Part shown: piece by piece, positions 1 through 11,200 of the stretch
How positions within the stretch are numbered: position 1 is the stretch's first letter
Layout of the letters: each line of letters starts with the position of its first letter
From: an uncultured Erysipelotrichaceae bacterium
Lineage (GTDB): Bacteria > Bacillota_I > Bacilli_A > RF39 > UBA660
NCBI GenBank assembly: GCA_902791625.1
Contig: CADAWN010000003.1
Location: 30,465-94,464, forward strand
Length of the DNA: 64,000 nucleotides
Direction of reading: 5' to 3'
Notes under the pieces: generated by a model
Database searches by the model: none
Told to the model about the DNA's origin: nothing
What the model saw: only the letters and a program-made list of their open reading frames with translations
Program-made: the position numbers and the translations under genes

Positions 1-279
1 AACTATATAATGAGTGATTTAAAATTAGAAGAAAGAGAAAAAATAATAATAGCTTATGAACCTAAATGGGCTATTAATGTAGATATAGATTTAAATGTTA
101 AAGATATTAGTACAATAGTAGAATTCATTCATCATATATTTATAAACAATAAAATACTATATGGTGGTGGAGTAACTATTGAAAACTATAAACATCTTGA
201 AAAAGTAGAGTATTTAGATGGTGTTTTAGTAGGAAGATTTGGAAATAATATAGATAATTTAAAACAAGTATTAAAATAA
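1..279 (+). CDS. tpiA: triosephosphate isomerase, C-terminal part (truncated by window edge)
   Basis: IAYEPKWAI catalytic-loop motif, LYGGGV and DGVLVG motifs of TIM. Confidence 0.9.
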   Translation, partial: NYIMSDLKLEEREKIIIAYEPKWAINVDIDLNVKDISTIVEFIHHIFINNKILYGGGVTIENYKHLEKVEYLDGVLVGRFGNNIDNLKQVLK

Positions 280-328
280 TTTGACAAGATTTTACTTTTC
301 GACAAAACTTGTCATTTTTTATTCTACA
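280..328. promoter_or_regulatory. cluster of Spo0A boxes upstream of spo0A
   Basis: Perfect TTCGACA (=TGTCGAA) at 298-304; variants TTTGACA 280-286, TGTCATT 310-316, TTCTACA 322-328; TATAAT at 348-353. Confidence 0.6.
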
Positions 329-386
329 AAAAAATACAAAAGTATTATATAATGAAAAAGCGTAGTAGTATATGAAAGGAGATATA

Positions 387-1163
387 ATGGGAAAAACTCG
401 CGTACTAATGGTAGATGATAACATCGAATTAGTGAATATGGTAAAGGAGTATTTTAGTAGTAATAAAGAAATAACAATTAACTTAGAAGCACATAATGGA
501 GAAGAAGGTCTTAATATAATTGAACATAGAAAAGACGAATATGATCTTGTATTACTAGATCTTGTTATGCCTAAAAAAGATGGTAAATCAGTATTAGAAG
601 AAATGAGAAGTAAGAATATTGATAAAAAAGTAATAGTGTTAACATCTTATAATACACCTGATATGATTAGAAAAGTATCAGAGTTAGGTATTAGTTATTT
701 TATTTTAAAACCTTTTGAACTAAAAGAACTAGAAAAGACTATTAAAGAAGTAGTTGAACCAGAAAAGTTTGGTAATAAATCAATAGATTTATTTCATAAT
801 AACTTAGAAAAATCTATTACTAAAGTATTACATGAATTAGGTGTTCCTTCACATATTAAAGGATATCAATATATAAGAGATGGTATATCAATGATATATA
901 ATAAACCAGGTATGATTGGTGGAATAACAAAAGAGTTGTATCCAGATATAGCAAAGAAATATGATACTACAGTATCACGTGTAGAACGTGCAATAAGACA
1001 TGCGATAGAAGTAAGTTGGAACAGAGGTAACTGGGACTTAATGGAAGAAATATTTGGTCACAGTGTTGATATAGATAAAGCAAAACCAACAAACTCAGAG
1101 TTTATAGTAACTGTTGCTGATAAACTAAGATTAGAGTTTCATGAAACAGCTGTAATTTTATAA
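387..1163 (+). CDS. spo0A: sporulation master regulator Spo0A
   Basis: Receiver domain (VDDN, LLDLVMP) plus Spo0A C-domain ([34 protein letters not shown]); ATG 387 follows AAGGAG. Confidence 0.97.
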   Translation: MGKTRVLMVDDNIELVNMVKEYFSSNKEITINLEAHNGEEGLNIIEHRKDEYDLVLLDLVMPKKDGKSVLEEMRSKNIDKKVIVLTSYNTPDMIRKVSELGISYFILKPFELKELEKTIKEVVEPEKFGNKSIDLFHNNLEKSITKVLHELGVPSHIKGYQYIRDGISMIYNKPGMIGGITKELYPDIAKKYDTTVSRVERAIRHAIEVSWNRGNWDLMEEIFGHSVDIDKAKPTNSEFIVTVADKLRLEFHETAVIL

Positions 1164-1193
1164 GAATAAAGATGTAAAACTTTATTCTTTTTT
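1162..1193 (+). terminator. intrinsic terminator after spo0A
   Basis: AAGAATAAAG...CTTTATTCTT hairpin followed by T run. Confidence 0.6.
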
Positions 1194-1215
1194 AGTGTAT
1201 AAAACCTTGTTTAAA

Positions 1216-1244
1216 TTGACAAAATAATAAAAATATGATATAAT
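1216..1244 (+). promoter_or_regulatory. sigma-A promoter
   Basis: TTGACA-N17-TATAAT with extended -10 TG. Confidence 0.75.
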
Positions 1245-1269
1245 ATGTCCAATTTAAGGGGGTTATATT

Positions 1270-1773
1270 ATGAAGGGGAGAAGGTTTATACTTTTGATTG
1301 TTTTAGCTGTCTTAATGAGTACAACTACAGTTTATGCATATAAAAAAGATTTAATTAAAATAAACGATGGTAAAGCATCTGTATTTGATATTACTTATAA
1401 TAATGTAAGAAAACTAGATGGTAATGGTACAGTAGAAGTAAAAGATAATACAGATATTAATTTAAATACAGAACTAAATAATCCAGGAGATTATACCGAA
1501 TATATTATTGATATTAAAAACAACAGTAATAAAACTGCTGTTATAGATACAGTAGATAAAGAAGAGTTATCTGAACAAGCTAAAAAATATATAGACTATT
1601 ATATAGAGTATTTAGATGGAGAAAAAGTAAAAGTAGGAGATATATTTAAAGCTGGTGAAACAAAAACAGCTAAGATTAAAGTTGAATATTTAAAAGATGT
1701 AACTTTAGAAGATTTACCTAAAGAAGATGAAAATATTAAATTCTCATTTAATATAACAATGGTTGAAAAATAA
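1270..1773 (+). CDS. secreted TasA/camelysin-like protein, distant paralogue of the 57-61 kb array
   Basis: Signal peptide ending VYA; NNPGDYTEYIIDIKNNSNKTAVI matches the KKPGDxxxYTFDxxNxxxxxAKL core of the array proteins. Confidence 0.6.
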   Translation: MKGRRFILLIVLAVLMSTTTVYAYKKDLIKINDGKASVFDITYNNVRKLDGNGTVEVKDNTDINLNTELNNPGDYTEYIIDIKNNSNKTAVIDTVDKEELSEQAKKYIDYYIEYLDGEKVKVGDIFKAGETKTAKIKVEYLKDVTLEDLPKEDENIKFSFNITMVEK

Positions 1774-1774
1774 T

Positions 1775-1806
1775 AAAAAGAACTTTTTAAGTTCTTTTTA
1801 TTTTTG
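1775..1806 (+). terminator. intrinsic terminator
   Basis: AAAAAGAAC-N7-GTTCTTTTT hairpin plus T tail. Confidence 0.65.
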
Positions 1807-1836
1807 TTTATGGTATAATATACGAAGGAGGTAACT

Positions 1837-2733
1837 ATGAGTTTATTATTGAAAAATGTATCTAAAAAATACGGAAATAAAACAGTTGTAAATAATATCT
1901 CATTTGGATTAGAAAAACCTGGTGTATTTGGTTTACTTGGTACAAATGGTGCTGGTAAAACAACAACTATCAGAATGCTTCTTGGAATACTTAAAACTAA
2001 TTCTGGTGAGATTACTTGGAAAGGAAAAGCAGTAAATAGAAAAGAAGTTAACTTTGGATATTTACCAGAAGAAAGAGGAGTATATCCAAAAATAAAAATT
2101 GTTGATCAATTAGTATACTTCGCTGAATTAAAAGGTATGAGCAAAGAAGATGCTTTAAAAAGCATTGATAAGTGGGCAAAAGTATTAAAAATAGAAGAAT
2201 ACTTAAATATGCCTGCAGAAAAATTATCTAAAGGTAATCAACAAAAAATACAGTTCTTAACAGCTATTATTCATGATCCCGAATTAGTAGTGTTAGATGA
2301 ACCATTCAGTGGATTAGATCCAGTTAATACAGAAATAATTAAGAATGTAATTATTGATCTAGTAAAAGCAGGTAAATATGTAATTATGTCTGCTCATCAA
2401 ATGGTAACTATAGAAGAATTCTGTAGTGATATTTTAATACTAAATAGAGGCAAAACAGTCTTACAAGGTAACTTACAAGATATAAAGGATACTTATCCTG
2501 CTAATAGAGTATTAGTTAATTGTAATACAGATATTAAAGATTTAGTTAAAAAACAAAAATTAACTATAGAAAATGAAGTTAATAATAATTATATTATTCA
2601 CATTGATAAAGAGGAACAAGCAGATAAGTTATTAACAGAACTTGTTAAAAATAAAGTAAAGATAGAGAAGTTTGAAATTATGAAACCTACTCTAAATGAT
2701 ATCTTTATAGAAAAGGTTGGTGGAGATAAATGA
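1837..2733 (+). CDS. ABC-2 type exporter ATP-binding protein (YhaQ/NatA-like)
   Basis: Walker A GTNGAGKT, signature LSKGN, Walker B VVLDEP. Confidence 0.9.
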   Translation: MSLLLKNVSKKYGNKTVVNNISFGLEKPGVFGLLGTNGAGKTTTIRMLLGILKTNSGEITWKGKAVNRKEVNFGYLPEERGVYPKIKIVDQLVYFAELKGMSKEDALKSIDKWAKVLKIEEYLNMPAEKLSKGNQQKIQFLTAIIHDPELVVLDEPFSGLDPVNTEIIKNVIIDLVKAGKYVIMSAHQMVTIEEFCSDILILNRGKTVLQGNLQDIKDTYPANRVLVNCNTDIKDLVKKQKLTIENEVNNNYIIHIDKEEQADKLLTELVKNKVKIEKFEIMKPTLNDIFIEKVGGDK

Positions 2734-3947
2734 GAGATATATTAATCGTAGCTAAATTTTCTATGAAAGATATATTAAGAAAGAAATCTTTCATAGTATC
2801 TACAATAATAATATTATTATTAATAGTTGCTGGTTTTCAAATACCTAGAATAATAAAAAATTCTAAGTCATCAAATCCAAAAGTATTAATAGTAGATAAT
2901 GAAAACTTATTTGATAATCAATTAGGAGAATTAAATAATTTAAAATTAGATTATGAATTTGTAATTGAAAATAAAGATATAAAAGAAATTAAAAAAGAAA
3001 TTAATAAAGACAAGATAAAGAGTTCAATTATTGTTAATAAAAGTGAAGATGGAATTAAATTAAATTATGTAGTTAAAAATAAAATGTATGTAGAAAGAAT
3101 ACCTGATGATTTATTTACATCACTTACATCACTATATAAAAATGTTCAAATTGGTAAACTTAATTTAAGTGATGAACAAATAAAAGCAATCTCACCATCA
3201 TTTGAATTTGAAATAATTCAATCAGAAAAAGAAACAAATGAAGGTAATGTTGTTCTAGCAATGGCAATAAGTATGTTACTATACTTTGGAGTTTATTTCT
3301 TCGCATATCAAATATCTACATCTATAACAACAGAAAAAACATCAAAGATTATGGAAACACTTGTTACTTCAACTTCACCTAGATCAATAGTTTTAGGAAA
3401 AACATTAGGTCTTGGAATAGTAGGAATAATTCAAGTTATTCTTATAGGAGGAGTGGCTTATATAACAGCTATTAATTCATTTGATGCAAGTACAATTAAT
3501 AGTTTACTTGATATGAGTAAGATTACACCATTCCTTGGATTTATTATATTAATATACTTTATATTTGGATATTTAGTATATTCACTATTATATGCCTTAA
3601 CAGGTTCTACTGTATCAAAACCAGAAGATGTACAATCAGCTAATACTCCACTTGCAATAATAAGTTTAGCAGGATTCTATTTATCATATTTTTCAATGAT
3701 GAATCCAACAAGTGCATTAAATAAATATGCAGCAATCATTCCAATTTCATCACCATTCTGTATGCCTTGTAGAGTAATGATGGGATTATCTAGTACAAAA
3801 GAAATAATACTTTCATTAAGCGTATTACTTCTTACTATATTATTAGTAGCTAAAGTAGCTATAAAAGTTTATTCAAGTGCTATATTAAATTATGGTACTA
3901 AATTATCATTTAAAGATATCTTCAAAATGTTTAAATCTAAAGATTAG
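2730..3947 (+). CDS. ABC-2 type permease (YhaP/NatB-like)
   Basis: N-terminal TM, extracellular domain, several C-terminal TMs, EKTSKIMETL motif; ATGA overlap with the ATPase. Confidence 0.85.
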   Translation: MRDILIVAKFSMKDILRKKSFIVSTIIILLLIVAGFQIPRIIKNSKSSNPKVLIVDNENLFDNQLGELNNLKLDYEFVIENKDIKEIKKEINKDKIKSSIIVNKSEDGIKLNYVVKNKMYVERIPDDLFTSLTSLYKNVQIGKLNLSDEQIKAISPSFEFEIIQSEKETNEGNVVLAMAISMLLYFGVYFFAYQISTSITTEKTSKIMETLVTSTSPRSIVLGKTLGLGIVGIIQVILIGGVAYITAINSFDASTINSLLDMSKITPFLGFIILIYFIFGYLVYSLLYALTGSTVSKPEDVQSANTPLAIISLAGFYLSYFSMMNPTSALNKYAAIIPISSPFCMPCRVMMGLSSTKEIILSLSVLLLTILLVAKVAIKVYSSAILNYGTKLSFKDIFKMFKSKD

Positions 3948-3958
3948 GAGGAATCCAT

Positions 3959-5500
3959 ATGTATATTAATAATAAAATATTAATCGGTAAAAACGATGAA
4001 CAAGAACTATTCATATTACCTAATATGGCTAATAGGCATGGTATTATAACTGGAGCATCTGGTTCTGGTAAAACTATAACTTTAAAAGTCATGGCAGAAG
4101 GGTTTTCTGATTGTGGTGTACCAGTATTCTTAGCTGATGTTAAAGGTGATTTAGCTGGATGCGCAGTTGAAGGTGTACCTAATGAAAATGTAGAGTCAAG
4201 ACTACAAAAACTAGGAATTGAAGGATTTGATTATAAGAAATTCCCTGTAAGATTTTGGGATTTATATGGTATGAGAGGTCATAATGTAATGGCTAAAGTA
4301 TCAGATATTGGTCCTGAAATATTATCTATTATGTTAGGACTTTCAGAAGCACAAGAAGGAACATTAGCAATCGCATTTAGAGTAGCTGAAGACGAAAATA
4401 TGCCTCTAGTAGATTTAAAAGACTTACGTGCACTTCTACAATATATTGGAGATAAAAGAAATGATTATACATTAAAGTATGGTAATGTCGCATCTCAAAG
4501 TGTAGGTGTTATTCAAAGAAGCTTATTAACACTTGAAAATCAAGGAATAGCTAATTTCTTTGGAGAACCAGCACTTGATATTAATGATTTCTTAATAAAA
4601 TCAGAAGATGGAAGAGGAACAATTAATATTTTAGATGCAGTTGAACTATTTAAAAGTCCAGATTTATATGCATCATTCCTATTATGGATGTTATTAAAAC
4701 TTTATAATACATTACCAGAAGTAGGAGATGTAGATAAACCAAAAATTGTATTCTTCTTTGATGAAGCACACCTATTATTTAAAGATATGCCATCATATAG
4801 ATTAAAGAAGATTACTCAAATAGTTAAACTAATTAGATCTAAGGGTATTGGACTATACTTTATTTCTCAAGCTCCTAACGATATACCAGATGAAATTAGT
4901 GCTCAGCTTGGTAACCGTGTTCAACATACCCTAAGAGCTTATACTCCAATTGAAATTAAAAATGTTGATGCAGCTGCTAACTCATTTAGAGAAAATCCTA
5001 AATTTGATACAAAAAAAGCAATATTAGAATTAGGAATAGGTGAAGCTCTTATTAGTTTCCAAAATGAAAAAGGTGAACCTAATATAGTAGAAAAAGCTAC
5101 TATCTTACCACCTCAAAGTATGATGGGAACAATAGATGATATGACTAGAAATAAAGTCATTAATAATAGTTCCTTAATTGGGAAATATGATGAAAAAATA
5201 GATAATGAATCAGCTTATGAAAAAATAGAAAAATATACACAAGAAAAACAAGCAGAAATTGAAGCTGCAAAACAACAAAAATTAGAAGAACAACAAGCTA
5301 AAGAAGAAGAAAAATTAAGAAAAGAACAAGAAAAAGAAGAATTAAGACAAAAGAGAGAAGAAGAAAGAGAACAAAAAAGATTAGAAAAAGAAAAAAATAA
5401 TTCTTATGAAAATAAACTAAAGAGAAAAGTTATTAACAAAGCAGAAAATAAAATTATAGACAAAGGATTAACTAGTTTATTTAGAAGACTATTTAAATAG
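3959..5500 (+). CDS. HerA-like P-loop ATPase (YjgR/DUF853 family)
   Basis: NRHGIITGASGSGKT, DVKGDL, FFFDEAH, QLGNRVQH motifs; C-terminal coiled coil. Confidence 0.88.
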   Translation: MYINNKILIGKNDEQELFILPNMANRHGIITGASGSGKTITLKVMAEGFSDCGVPVFLADVKGDLAGCAVEGVPNENVESRLQKLGIEGFDYKKFPVRFWDLYGMRGHNVMAKVSDIGPEILSIMLGLSEAQEGTLAIAFRVAEDENMPLVDLKDLRALLQYIGDKRNDYTLKYGNVASQSVGVIQRSLLTLENQGIANFFGEPALDINDFLIKSEDGRGTINILDAVELFKSPDLYASFLLWMLLKLYNTLPEVGDVDKPKIVFFFDEAHLLFKDMPSYRLKKITQIVKLIRSKGIGLYFISQAPNDIPDEISAQLGNRVQHTLRAYTPIEIKNVDAAANSFRENPKFDTKKAILELGIGEALISFQNEKGEPNIVEKATILPPQSMMGTIDDMTRNKVINNSSLIGKYDEKIDNESAYEKIEKYTQEKQAEIEAAKQQKLEEQQAKEEEKLRKEQEKEELRQKREEEREQKRLEKEKNNSYENKLKRKVINKAENKIIDKGLTSLFRRLFK

Positions 5501-5509
5501 GAGAAGTAT

Positions 5510-6124
5510 ATGAGTGAAGATTTAAAAAGCATGGTTGGAGAAGAAGAAAAGATAATGTGGGAAGGAAGACCTTCAAAAAAATGTTTTATACTAGAAAGCA
5601 TATTTAATCCATTATTACCTTTCGCACTTCTTTGGGCAATTATAGACTTTGGTTTTATTGGTGGTTTCTCTAAGTTTGGTACTGGTGGAATGGGCTTCTT
5701 TTTAGTACCTTTCTTTCTAATTCATTTAATGCCTGTATGGTTATATCTATTTGGAGTAATTTTCTCATTTAGAAGATATAAAAATACATATTATATAGTT
5801 ACTGATAGAGGAATGTATTTATCTGAAGGAATGTTTTCTAAAAAATATGATATGAAACCATTCGCAGAACTTTCTCATGTTAACCTAAAGAGAGGTATAT
5901 TTGATCAAATGTTAAATTGTGGTGATGTTGAAGCTACAACTAGTCAAATGAATCAAAATGGTATACCAGTATCAATTACATTTAAAAGTATCAGTAATTA
6001 TGATGAAGTATATAAGATTGTTAAGAAATTACAAATTGATATATACACTGATGTTATGTATCCAAATGATAAAAGACCAAAAGAAAATCATGGATATAAA
6101 ACTGAATATAAAGGAGAAGAGTAA
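5510..6124 (+). CDS. membrane protein with bacterial PH domain
   Basis: WEGRP start, two TM helices, then YIVTDR...RGIFDQMLNCGDV typical of bPH domains. Confidence 0.65.
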   Translation: MSEDLKSMVGEEEKIMWEGRPSKKCFILESIFNPLLPFALLWAIIDFGFIGGFSKFGTGGMGFFLVPFFLIHLMPVWLYLFGVIFSFRRYKNTYYIVTDRGMYLSEGMFSKKYDMKPFAELSHVNLKRGIFDQMLNCGDVEATTSQMNQNGIPVSITFKSISNYDEVYKIVKKLQIDIYTDVMYPNDKRPKENHGYKTEYKGEE

Positions 6125-6189
6125 TCTTCTCTTTTATTATTTTAAAAAATAGTATATAATACTACTAGTTCATGAAGGAGGTGTTTATT

Positions 6190-8136
6190 ATGTTTAAATT
6201 AGTATCTAAATACTTGCCATCTGGAGATCAACCAGAAGCAATTAAAAATTTAGTAGAAGGTATTAAAGAAGGAAAAAGAGATCAAGTTCTATTAGGTGCA
6301 ACAGGTACAGGTAAAACATTTACTATTGCTAATGTTATAAAAGAAGTTAATAAACCTACTTTAGTACTGGCACATAATAAAACACTTGCTGGACAACTTT
6401 ACTCAGAGTTAAAGGAATTATTCCCGGAAAACAGAGTAGAATACTTTGTCTCATATTATGACTATTATCAACCAGAAGCATATGTTCCTTCAACTGATAC
6501 TTATATAGAAAAAGATTCATCTATTAATGATGAAATAGATGAGTTAAGACATGCTGCAACAAGTGCTCTTTTATCAACAAGAGATGTAATAGTAGTATCA
6601 AGTGTTTCTTGTATATATGGTATTGGAGAAGTAGAAGAGTATAAAAATAAAATGTTAAGCCTATCAGTAGGAGAAGAAATAAGTCGTGATAAAGTATTAA
6701 TAAAGTTAGTAGATATGCTTTATGAAAGAAATGACTTAGATTTTAAAAGAGGAACATTTAGAGTAAGAGGAGATATACTTGAAATAATTCCCGCATCTCA
6801 AGATAAAACAGGTTATAGAATAGAATTCTTTGGAGATGAAATAGATAGAATTAGTGAAATAGATGTTTTAACTGGAAGTATTATTTCAAATAAAAAGAAC
6901 TTAAGTATCTTTCCAGCTAGTCACTTTGTAATAGGTGATGAAAAATTAAAAGAAGCAATTAAAAGAATAAAAGAAGAAGAAATAGAAAGAGTTAAATATT
7001 TTAAAGAACATAATAAACCACTTGAAGCAGAGCGCATTGAACAAAGAACTAATTATGATATTGAGATGTTAGAAGAAACTGGTTTTTGTACAGGAATAGA
7101 AAACTATTCTAGACATATGGCAGGACGTAAAGAAGGAGAAACTCCTACTACTTTAATGGATTTCTTTGGTGATGATTATCTACTTGTTATAGATGAATCA
7201 CATGTTACTCTTCCTCAAGTTAGAGGTATGTACAATGGAGATAGAGCTAGAAAGCAAAACTTAGTAGATTTTGGATTTAGACTTCCAAGTGCTCTTGATA
7301 ATAGACCACTCAAGTTTGATGAATTTGAAAAAAAGATAAATCAAGTTATTTATGTTTCAGCAACTCCTGGGGATTATGAATTGGAAAAAACTAATAATCA
7401 TTTTATTGAACAAATAATTAGACCTACTGGACTTCTTGATCCAACGATAGAAGTAAGAAAAACAAAAGGACAAATAGATGACTTAATTGGAGAGGTCAAA
7501 GAACGCATAAAATGTAATGAGAGAACACTTATTACAACTTTAACCATTAGAATGGCTGAAGAATTAACTAATTATTTAAAAGAATTAGATATTAAAGTAG
7601 CTTATCTTCATTCAGAAGTTAAGACACTAGAAAGAATGCAGATTATTCATGATTTAAGAACAGGTAAATATGATGTATTAGTTGGAATTAACTTACTAAG
7701 AGAAGGTTTAGATATTCCGGAAGTGTCATTAATCGCAATACTTGATGCAGATAAAGAAGGTTTCTTACGCAGTACTAGAAGTTTAATTCAAACAATAGGT
7801 AGATGTGCAAGAAATAGTAAGGGACACGTTATTATGTATGGAGACAAAATGACTGATAGCATGGACGAAGCTATAAAAGAGACAGCCAGACGTAGACAAA
7901 TACAAGAAAAGTATAATCTAGAACATGGTATAACCCCTAAAACAATACAAAAAGAAATAAGAGATGTAATTAGTAATGTTGATACAACTAAGGATAAAAA
8001 ACAAAAAATAAGTAAGAAAGAACTTCTAAAAACTATTAATGATATAGAGGAAGAAATGAGAGAAGCAGCTCGTAATTTAGACTTTGAAAGAGCAATGGAA
8101 CTAAGGGATATATTATTTGAATTAAAGTCGGAATAA
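6190..8136 (+). CDS. uvrB: excinuclease ABC subunit B
   Basis: [29 protein letters not shown]-terminal UVR domain; ATG 6190 after AAGGAGGTG. Confidence 0.98.
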   Translation: MFKLVSKYLPSGDQPEAIKNLVEGIKEGKRDQVLLGATGTGKTFTIANVIKEVNKPTLVLAHNKTLAGQLYSELKELFPENRVEYFVSYYDYYQPEAYVPSTDTYIEKDSSINDEIDELRHAATSALLSTRDVIVVSSVSCIYGIGEVEEYKNKMLSLSVGEEISRDKVLIKLVDMLYERNDLDFKRGTFRVRGDILEIIPASQDKTGYRIEFFGDEIDRISEIDVLTGSIISNKKNLSIFPASHFVIGDEKLKEAIKRIKEEEIERVKYFKEHNKPLEAERIEQRTNYDIEMLEETGFCTGIENYSRHMAGRKEGETPTTLMDFFGDDYLLVIDESHVTLPQVRGMYNGDRARKQNLVDFGFRLPSALDNRPLKFDEFEKKINQVIYVSATPGDYELEKTNNHFIEQIIRPTGLLDPTIEVRKTKGQIDDLIGEVKERIKCNERTLITTLTIRMAEELTNYLKELDIKVAYLHSEVKTLERMQIIHDLRTGKYDVLVGINLLREGLDIPEVSLIAILDADKEGFLRSTRSLIQTIGRCARNSKGHVIMYGDKMTDSMDEAIKETARRRQIQEKYNLEHGITPKTIQKEIRDVISNVDTTKDKKQKISKKELLKTINDIEEEMREAARNLDFERAMELRDILFELKSE

Positions 8137-8161
8137 AAACAATCAAATTGATTGTTTTTTT
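8135..8161 (+). terminator. intrinsic terminator after uvrB
   Basis: AAAAACAATC-AAATT-GATTGTTTTT hairpin plus T run. Confidence 0.7.
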
Positions 8162-8207
8162 ATTGTAGATACGATATAATACAATTAGAATAAAGTAGGT
8201 GTAGGAT

Positions 8208-11200
8208 ATGAATATATATATATTGGATAGTGAAAAACTAGTTAAGTATCAATTACCGACAAAGGTAGAAGAAGATTATTCTATTAGTTATAAACCTTAT
8301 GGTTATACTAATACTTTTTTAATTACTTTAGAAGCAAGAAATGGTAACTGGATAATTAAAAGTAATGGTAGTGTTAATGTAATGAATAATGAAATGATTA
8401 TGGACGAATCATTTTTACAAAATTACTATATATATCCACTTAAAATGGTTGGGGTAAATAGACTTATTTATGTCTATGCGATGCCTGCAGAAAATGATTG
8501 TATATTCAGACTTTCTTTAGATAAGATTAATCAAATAACAGTTGGTAATGCTGCTAACAATAATATTAGTTATAATAATCCTGCACTAGGAGACTTTCAA
8601 CTAGTAATAAATAAAAAAGAAAACTTTTGGGAAATAGATTTAGTAAATGTTAAGTTTGCAGTATATATCAATAATAATCTATTAAAGACAAAAACAAGAC
8701 TATTAAAATATGGTGACGTAATATTTATATATGGACTTAAAATAATAGTCATGAAGGACTTTATTGAAATAAATAATCCAAATAATCAAGTAGGAGTAAA
8801 TGCAATGTTTGCTTACAATGATAGTGATGATAATACTAACTATCAAGAAGTAAGTGAAGAAGATAAAAATGTAGATTTATATTCAGAAGATGATTACTTC
8901 TTTCATACACCAACTATAAAAGAGGTACTAGAAGAGCAAGAAATAAATATAGATACTCCACCTGGAAATCAAAATGATAGAAATGGATCTATGCTAATGA
9001 CTGTAGGTATGTCTATTACAATGGTTTCTAGTACTTTCATGATGGGTTATTCTGTATTTAATCAGTTAATTAGTGGAAAAGCTTCAATGAAGGAAAGTAT
9101 ACCACAAATAGTAATGCTAGTAGCTATGATAATAGGAACATTGTTAATACCAACAATTGTTAGACGAATTGAAAATAGAAAAAAGAAAAAGATGGAAAAG
9201 AAAAGACAAGTTTTATTTTCAAAGTATTTAGATGAGAAAGAAAAAGAAATAACTGCTACTATTAGTAATCAAAAGAACATAATTAATACTAATTCACCAA
9301 CATCTGAGCAATGCAAGGAAATAATATCGAAGAAAGGCAGATTGTTCTGGAGTAGAGAATTAAGTGATAATGATTTTTTGGATATTAGGCTTGGAATAGG
9401 AACTATAAAATCAAAAGTGAAAATACTAGCACCTGAACAACATTTTGAATTAGAGACAGATAATTTAATGCAAAAAGTATATGATTTATGTGAAAAATAT
9501 AAGATGACATCTGATTTCCCAATATGCATAAATTTAACAAAAAAGAAAGTAAGTGCTATAGTATGTGGTGGAGAAGAAAAACAAAAATATGCAGATTCAG
9601 TAATAATGCAATTAATTACATTACATAGTCCGATTGATTTAAAATTATGCTTTATCACTAATGAGGATAATTATAGTAAATGGGAATATGTAACTATGTT
9701 ACCACATTGTTGGAATGCTACAAAAGACACAAGATTATTTGCTACCAATATAGATGAGGCTAAGGAACTATCTGAAAAGCTAGAAGAAGTATATAAATTA
9801 AGACGAGATGGTGACAAGAATAAATCTGAAGAGCAAACAGAAGAGAAAAAAGTAGAAGAAGGTAAAGAATATAGTAAATATGAAGATTATTATTTATTAA
9901 TAGTAGATGATTTCAAAATAGCTAAGAATCTACAAATAATTAATGACATTCAAAATTCTCAAAATAATTATGGATTCTCAATATTATATTTAGGTAATAA
10001 TTTAAAACAATTGCCAGCTGCTTGTACAAGCTTTGTTGAAGTTGGATCATTAGATGGAGCATATTTAGAAAAAAGTATGTCATCCGATAATCAATTATCA
10101 TTTAAAATTGAACCATTTAATAATGAAAACATGATGGGTTATAGTGTTACAACTGCTAATATACCTACAATAACTAAGAATGGTGCTATGGAATTACCAC
10201 AATCACTTAGCTTTTTAGAAATGTATGGTGTATCTAAAATTGAACAATTAAATATTAGCAATAGATGGAAAAATGATAGTCCGGTAAGTACTTTAGCCAC
10301 ATCAATTGGTGTTCAAGAAGATGGTGAATTATTTAAGTTAAATTTACATGAAAAATATCATGGACCACATGGGTTAATTGCTGGATCTACTGGATCAGGT
10401 AAATCTGAATTTATTATTACGTATATTTTATCAATGGCAGTAAACTATCATCCATATGAAGTACAATTTGTTTTGATTGATTATAAGGGTGGTGGACTTG
10501 CAGGAGCATTCGAAAATAAAGAAACTGGTGTTAGCTTACCACATTTAACTGGTACAATTACAAACTTAGACGTTGCAGAGATGAATCGTACTTTAGTATC
10601 TATAAAAAGTGAATTACAAAGAAGACAAAGAGTATTTAATGAAACAAAAGATAAGCTAGGAAAAAGTACTATTGATATTTATAAATATCAAAAATATTAT
10701 CGTGATGGATTAATAGAAGATCCTATGTCACATTTATTCATTATTTCAGATGAGTTTGCGGAACTAAAACAACAACAACCTGAATTTATGGATGAATTAA
10801 TAAGTATAGCTCGTATAGGACGTAGTTTAGGAGTTCATTTAATACTTGCAACACAAAAGCCAAGTGGTGTAGTAAATGATCAAATTTGGTCTAACTCTAA
10901 GTTTAAGGTATGTCTTAAAGTACAAAGTAGATCAGACAGTATGGAAATGATAAAAAGACCAGAAGCTGCAAGTATAAAAGAAGCAGGAAGATTTTATTTA
11001 CAAGTAGGTTATGATGATTTATTTCAATTAGGACAATCAGCTTGGGCTGGTGCTAAATATATTCCTTCAGACAAAATATTGAAGAAAGTAGATGATTCAA
11101 TCAATTTCATTTCACATACAGGAGATAAATACAAAAATATAGAAGACTTAGTGACTGTAGATACTACTCAAGATTATGGTGATCAATTAACTAATATTGT

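Noticed and set aside
9269-9658. Antisense or alternate-frame ORFs in the track (e.g. 176-424, 9269-9658, 12759-13049, 17587-18045, 46485-46934, 52458-52784, 58773-59150, 59853-60146)
   Set aside because: They shadow well-supported genes, lack RBSs or motifs, and show the F/S/L-rich composition expected from reverse-strand codon bias
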